A stretch of 64,000 nucleotides of DNA from Vulcanimicrobiota bacterium. Lineage in GTDB: Bacteria; Vulcanimicrobiota; Xenobia; Xenobiales; Xenobiaceae. The first letter of the stretch is position 1; each line of letters begins with the position of its first letter. The translations under genes and the position numbers were made by a program. The DNA lies in contig CALUQR010000004.1 in the NCBI GenBank assembly GCA_944322965.1, positions 33,141 through 97,140 on the forward strand, in the 5' to 3' direction. The notes under the pieces are model-generated. The model was not told where the DNA came from. It saw only the letters and a program-made list of their open reading frames with translations, and made no database searches. Shown in pieces: positions 59,829 to 64,000 of the stretch.

Positions 59829-61169
59829 TTAGTCGATCAGCAATTTCTCATTTAAGTACGAGCGCAACTGGTCGATAGCTACCCGATCTTGGGCCATACT
59901 GTCGCGGTCGCGCACCGTCACCGTGCCGTCTTCCAAAGTGTCAAAGTCCACGGTAATACAGCAGGGGGTACCGATCTCGTCGTAACGGCGGTAGCGCTTA
60001 CCGATCTGGCCCCGCTCGTCGTAGTCGACTAAGAAGTGCTTGCGCAACTCCATCTCCAACTCGCGCGCCTTAACGACCAGAGGCTCCTTATTCTTGAGCA
60101 AAGGCAAGACGGCTACCTGGATGGGGGCTAAGCGAGGATGGAGGTGCAAGACGACACGCACCTCTTCCTGACCCTTAGCCGAAATGGCCGTATCCTCATC
60201 GTAAGCGTCGACTAAGAAGGCGAAGGTAGCCCGGTCTACGCCGCCGCTAGGCTCGATCACCCAGGGGGTAATATGCTCGTTAGTGTCGGGATCGAAATAC
60301 TCTAAGCTCTTGCCGGAATACTCCGCGTGACGCTTCAAGTCGAAATCGGTGCGGTTGGCGATACCCTCTAACTCGCCCCAACCCCACGGGAAGAGGTACT
60401 CCACATCGAAGCAACCCTTAGCGTAGTGGGCCAGCTCTTGGGGCTCGTGCTCGCGCAGGCGCAAGTTCTCCTCGCGGATGCCTAACTGCTTGTACCAAGC
60501 GTAGCGACTCTGCACCCAACCATTAAAGGCCTCTTCCGACTTCTCCGGATGGACGAAATACTCGATCTCCATCTGCTCAAATTCGCGGGTGCGGAAGATA
60601 AAGCGGCGCGGGGTAATCTCGTTGCGGAAGGACTTGCCGATCTGGGCGATACCGAAGGGCAACTTGCGCCGACTGGTAGATTGGACGTTGGCGAAGTTGA
60701 CGAAGATACCCTGAGCCGTCTCCGGACGCAGATAGACGCGGGAGGTCTCATTCTGGACCACGCCCATCTGGGTCTCGAACATCAAGTTAAATTGGCGCAC
60801 CTCAGTCAGATCGTGATGGCCGCCCGCCGGACACTCGGCCTCGGGGCTCAACTCGTCGGCCCGGAAACGCTGCTTACATTTGCGGCAGTCGACTAAGGGA
60901 TCGGAGAAGGCCTGGACGTGGCCCGAGGCCTCCCAAGTGCGAGGATGCATAAAGATGGCGGCGTCTAAGCCCACCATATCGGAGCGCTCCTGCACGTTAG
61001 TGCGCCACCACATATCTTTGACATTCTTCTTGAGCTGCACACCCAAAGGACCGTAATCCCAGCAGTTAGCTAAACCGCCGTAGATATCGGAACCGGGATA
61101 GACAAAGCCCCGGCGCTTACAGAGAGAGACTATCTTGTCAAAGAGATCTTCTTGGACTTTCTTTTTCAT
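59829..61169 (-). CDS. glyQS: Glycine--tRNA ligase, homodimeric type
   Basis: YLRPETAQGIF, FRNEITP, REFEQME, ELEGIANRTDFDL, IGKRYRR.DEIGTP. Confidence 0.96.
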   Translation of the reverse strand: MKKKVQEDLFDKIVSLCKRRGFVYPGSDIYGGLANCWDYGPLGVQLKKNVKDMWWRTNVQERSDMVGLDAAIFMHPRTWEASGHVQAFSDPLVDCRKCKQRFRADELSPEAECPAGGHHDLTEVRQFNLMFETQMGVVQNETSRVYLRPETAQGIFVNFANVQSTSRRKLPFGIAQIGKSFRNEITPRRFIFRTREFEQMEIEYFVHPEKSEEAFNGWVQSRYAWYKQLGIREENLRLREHEPQELAHYAKGCFDVEYLFPWGWGELEGIANRTDFDLKRHAEYSGKSLEYFDPDTNEHITPWVIEPSGGVDRATFAFLVDAYDEDTAISAKGQEEVRVVLHLHPRLAPIQVAVLPLLKNKEPLVVKARELEMELRKHFLVDYDERGQIGKRYRRYDEIGTPCCITVDFDTLEDGTVTVRDRDSMAQDRVAIDQLRSYLNEKLLID

Positions 61170-61214
61170 AATTCCACCTTAGGTCAAGCGAGACGTAGCG
61201 AGAGTTCCTACCCC

Positions 61215-61490
61215 CTAATTGTGTACCTCACTGTCGGGGAAGATGCGCACAATGCGATCGGAGAGGATCATCATCTCAATAGCTTTGGGCGTCAACTCCG
61301 CGGAGTAGGCGTTGATAATCCACAGATTATCGATAATCTTGCCGCCTAAACTGCTCACTAAGCGCTGATCTTCCTCTTTGAGACCATCCTTAGTCTGCAC
61401 GATAACCTTCATGGGATTAGTACTGCCATTATCGATGGCTCGGCGAATGGAGCCCTCTAACTTCTTGTTGGTAAGTTTTGCCTGATCCAT
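61215..61490 (-). CDS. Standalone subtilisin-propeptide (inhibitor I9-like) protein
   Basis: 'KVIVQ...LGGKI...LWIINAYSAELT..AI......I.RI.PD.EV' propeptide pattern; no catalytic domain. Confidence 0.65.
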   Translation of the reverse strand: MDQAKLTNKKLEGSIRRAIDNGSTNPMKVIVQTKDGLKEEDQRLVSSLGGKIIDNLWIINAYSAELTPKAIEMMILSDRIVRIFPDSEVHN

Positions 61491-61535
61491 ACTGTGCGCG
61501 CTCCTATCCTGTGATGCTCCGTGAGTATAGCATAG

Positions 61536-63509
61536 CTATCCGCGGAAATGAAACGTTTTGCCGATGATGGCCCCGCTCAGAGAGGGTTCCTCTTCCTCCG
61601 CGGCGGGAGGGACGCTGGCCTGCTCTTCCGTCTTAAATTCGCTCCCCGGACGGGAGTAGAGACTTTCGATAAGCTCCTCAAAGTGGAGGTCGACGATGCG
61701 CCTTTTCACCTTCAGAGTGGGGGTAATCTCCCCCATCTCCGCCGAGAGTTCGCAGGGCAAGATGGCGATGCGCCGCACCCGCTCGTAAGAGGAGAACTCC
61801 CGACAAGCCTCTCCCACCTGCTTAGAGAGCCAGCGCTCTACCTCTAAGTGGCTACATAAGGCCTGGCGATCGCCCTCGATCCCCTGCTCTTTGGCCCACG
61901 CTTCCAACTTCTCAAAGTTAGGGACGATCAGCGCCCCTACGAAGCTGCGGTTATTGCCCACCACTACCGCCTGTTCGATCCAGTCGTTAGCCTTGAGAGC
62001 GTTCTCTAAGGGGGCCGGGGCCACGTTCTTGCCGTTAGAGAGGATCAAAATCTCCTTTTTGCGGTCGGTAATCGTATAACACTGGGTGAGCGGATCGTAC
62101 TCCCCAATATCGCCCGTGCAGAAGTAGCCGTCCTCATCGAACATGGCCGCCGTCTCTTTAGGCAATTTGTAGTAGCCGCGCATAATGTTGGGCCCTTTGG
62201 CTCGGATCTCTCCATCTTCAGCCACTAAGATCTCTACCCCGGGAACCGCCTGCCCCACCGTGCCCGGCTGTACATTTTGCGGGGTATTGACGCACAAGAC
62301 GGGGCTAGTCTCGGTGAGGCCGTAGCCTTCTAAAATAGTTAAGCCCACGTCGGAGAAGAAATTGATGACGTCTAAGCGCGAAGGGGCGCCTCCGGAGATG
62401 AAAAAGCGCACCTTGCCCCCCGTCGCCTGGCGGATCTTAGCCAAGACGGTGCGATCGAAGAGGGCCCGCTCCGCCTTGAGCCAGAAGGGGACTTTGCCCT
62501 TAGCCTTAGCTAAACGGTAAGCCCGCCCCGCGGCCAGAGCTTGGTTGAAGAGGCGATTCTTTAAGCCCCCGCCCGATTGGGCCACAACTTTGGCAAAGAT
62601 CTTTTCGAAAAGGCGGGGCACGCTGGGGACTAAGGTGGGGCGCAGAGTCTTAAGATCCTGGGGCACGGACTTAATGCCGCGCGCGTAACCGATAGAACTG
62701 CCGCTATAAGTGAGAGCGTAGTAACAGACCCGCTCAAAGACGTGGGAGAGAGGCAAGAAGGAGAGCTCCACATCCTCTTTATAGATGCCTACGAACTTCG
62801 TGAGCGACTCCATCTGCGAGACGAAGTTAGCGTGCATCAACATGGCCCCCTTGGGGTCGCCCGTAGTGCCCGACGTATAGACGAAGCTGCAGACCTCGTC
62901 GTAACGGATCTCCTCTATATGGCGCTCGATGGTGGGGCGATGGGCCTCTAAGGTATCGCTCCCTAAGCTCATCAACTGCTCCCACTGCCAAAAGCGCACC
63001 CCGGCGGGCAACTCATCGGGCGCCACCTCAAAGTAGTCTAAGGCGATAATATGTTCCACGTGGGGCAAGTCGCCCCGCCGCACGGCCTCCAAAGAGCGCT
63101 TAATCTGCTCCTTGCAAGAGGCTACTAAAAAGCGAGCTTCGCAATTGTGGACGATAAAGGCCATCTCCGCGGTGCTCAAGGTGGGATACATGGGCACGTG
63201 GATACCCCGCGCATAGACCGTCCCTAAGTCGATCACCGGCCACTCTACCCTATTGACCGAAAAGTTGGCCACCCGATCCTTATCCTGAAAGCCCAACTCC
63301 AAGAGGGCCGCCGCCAGCTGCAAGACTTCGCCATGTACTTGGGCGTAAGTCTTAAACTGGTACTCTCCCTCTACATTCTGTCCCAAATAGGGGCGCTCAG
63401 CGTGGGTACGCGCCACATGTTCGAATACCTGGGGCAAGGTAGTGAGCTCCGCCTCTTGGGCCCAAGCCTGGACTTCGGGCGAGACGGGATAATCGGTAAT
63501 ACAACTCAT
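61536..63509 (-). CDS. Long-chain fatty acid--CoA ligase
   Basis: YTSGTTGDPKG, EGYGLTETSP, TGDIG, DRKK, TPTLK. Confidence 0.9.
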   Translation of the reverse strand: MSCITDYPVSPEVQAWAQEAELTTLPQVFEHVARTHAERPYLGQNVEGEYQFKTYAQVHGEVLQLAAALLELGFQDKDRVANFSVNRVEWPVIDLGTVYARGIHVPMYPTLSTAEMAFIVHNCEARFLVASCKEQIKRSLEAVRRGDLPHVEHIIALDYFEVAPDELPAGVRFWQWEQLMSLGSDTLEAHRPTIERHIEEIRYDEVCSFVYTSGTTGDPKGAMLMHANFVSQMESLTKFVGIYKEDVELSFLPLSHVFERVCYYALTYSGSSIGYARGIKSVPQDLKTLRPTLVPSVPRLFEKIFAKVVAQSGGGLKNRLFNQALAAGRAYRLAKAKGKVPFWLKAERALFDRTVLAKIRQATGGKVRFFISGGAPSRLDVINFFSDVGLTILEGYGLTETSPVLCVNTPQNVQPGTVGQAVPGVEILVAEDGEIRAKGPNIMRGYYKLPKETAAMFDEDGYFCTGDIGEYDPLTQCYTITDRKKEILILSNGKNVAPAPLENALKANDWIEQAVVVGNNRSFVGALIVPNFEKLEAWAKEQGIEGDRQALCSHLEVERWLSKQVGEACREFSSYERVRRIAILPCELSAEMGEITPTLKVKRRIVDLHFEELIESLYSRPGSEFKTEEQASVPPAAEEEEPSLSGAIIGKTFHFRG

Positions 63510-63579
63510 AGCCGACGTTCCTTAGTGGGGGAATGGGTTAGAGAATTATATGTTAAAGAGCTAATTTCCTAGTCTCAGC

Positions 63580-63993
63580 CTAAGTGACCCGGGCCGGATC
63601 TTGGCGGATCGTCTCCCAAGCGCCGCGCAACTCCCGCGCAAAGCGGGCTTGATCGTTACATTGGACGACTAAACGCTCCTGGGAGGAGAGGTAGAGGGTG
63701 AGGGCCGGGCGATAGGCCAGCTCAGTATCTACGATCTTGGCGATCTGATTTAAATAGATAGAGAAGCTATAGCGCGGAGCCATGAGGGCGGTGACGATAT
63801 TGAGGAGGCCGGAGCGCGTCATCACCGTCTCATAAAAGAGGAGCCTCTCTGGGGTCAACTCTAAAGTGGCGTTCTGCAGGTAGGAGGGGTTAGCTCCATA
63901 GCTGCCCACCCCCCGGAAGAGGAGGCGCTCGCCGGGATGTTTGGCGTCGGTCTGCATCTTACTGATGGCGCGCAAGGCCTCATTGATGGGCAT
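63580..63993 (-). CDS. Hypothetical protein, bacterial PH-like
   Basis: 'ATLELTPERLLFY..FSIYLNQI' plus a C-terminal helix. Confidence 0.55.
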   Translation of the reverse strand: MPINEALRAISKMQTDAKHPGERLLFRGVGSYGANPSYLQNATLELTPERLLFYETVMTRSGLLNIVTALMAPRYSFSIYLNQIAKIVDTELAYRPALTLYLSSQERLVVQCNDQARFARELRGAWETIRQDPARVT

Positions 63994-64000
63994 GGCTTGG

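Overview
64 kb of a fairly GC-rich bacterial chromosome. Two SLH-anchored beta-barrel surface proteins suggest a diderm Terrabacteria lineage, possibly Ca. Eremiobacterota; this is inference only. Housekeeping genes: secA, prfB with a +1 frameshift, uvrB/uvrA, glnS, glyQS, mtnP, and three tRNAs (CAT, Glu, Val). Accessory content: (1) a four-gene minus-strand operon (SAM methyltransferase, SPL-like radical SAM, PGM1-like ATP-grasp ligase, MFS transporter) that looks like an uncharacterised small-molecule biosynthetic cluster; (2) five copies of a 0.4-0.9 kb modular, quasi-palindromic non-coding element with inverted heptamer arrays at its ends, which supplies the stop codons of four neighbouring genes and brackets an Rpn-family nuclease gene carrying a candidate internal antitoxin start; (3) a tandem array of five diverged exported NTF2-like paralogs behind uvrA; (4) two signal-peptide-less non-specific nucleases bracketing a DUF2339-like protein, a CesT/YbjN-like protein and an HD dNTPase; (5) ssnA-ygfK, a standalone I9-like protease-inhibitor domain, an RTX-repeat protein and zinc-ribbon membrane proteins. 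All family assignments are by eye from motifs; no database search was run.
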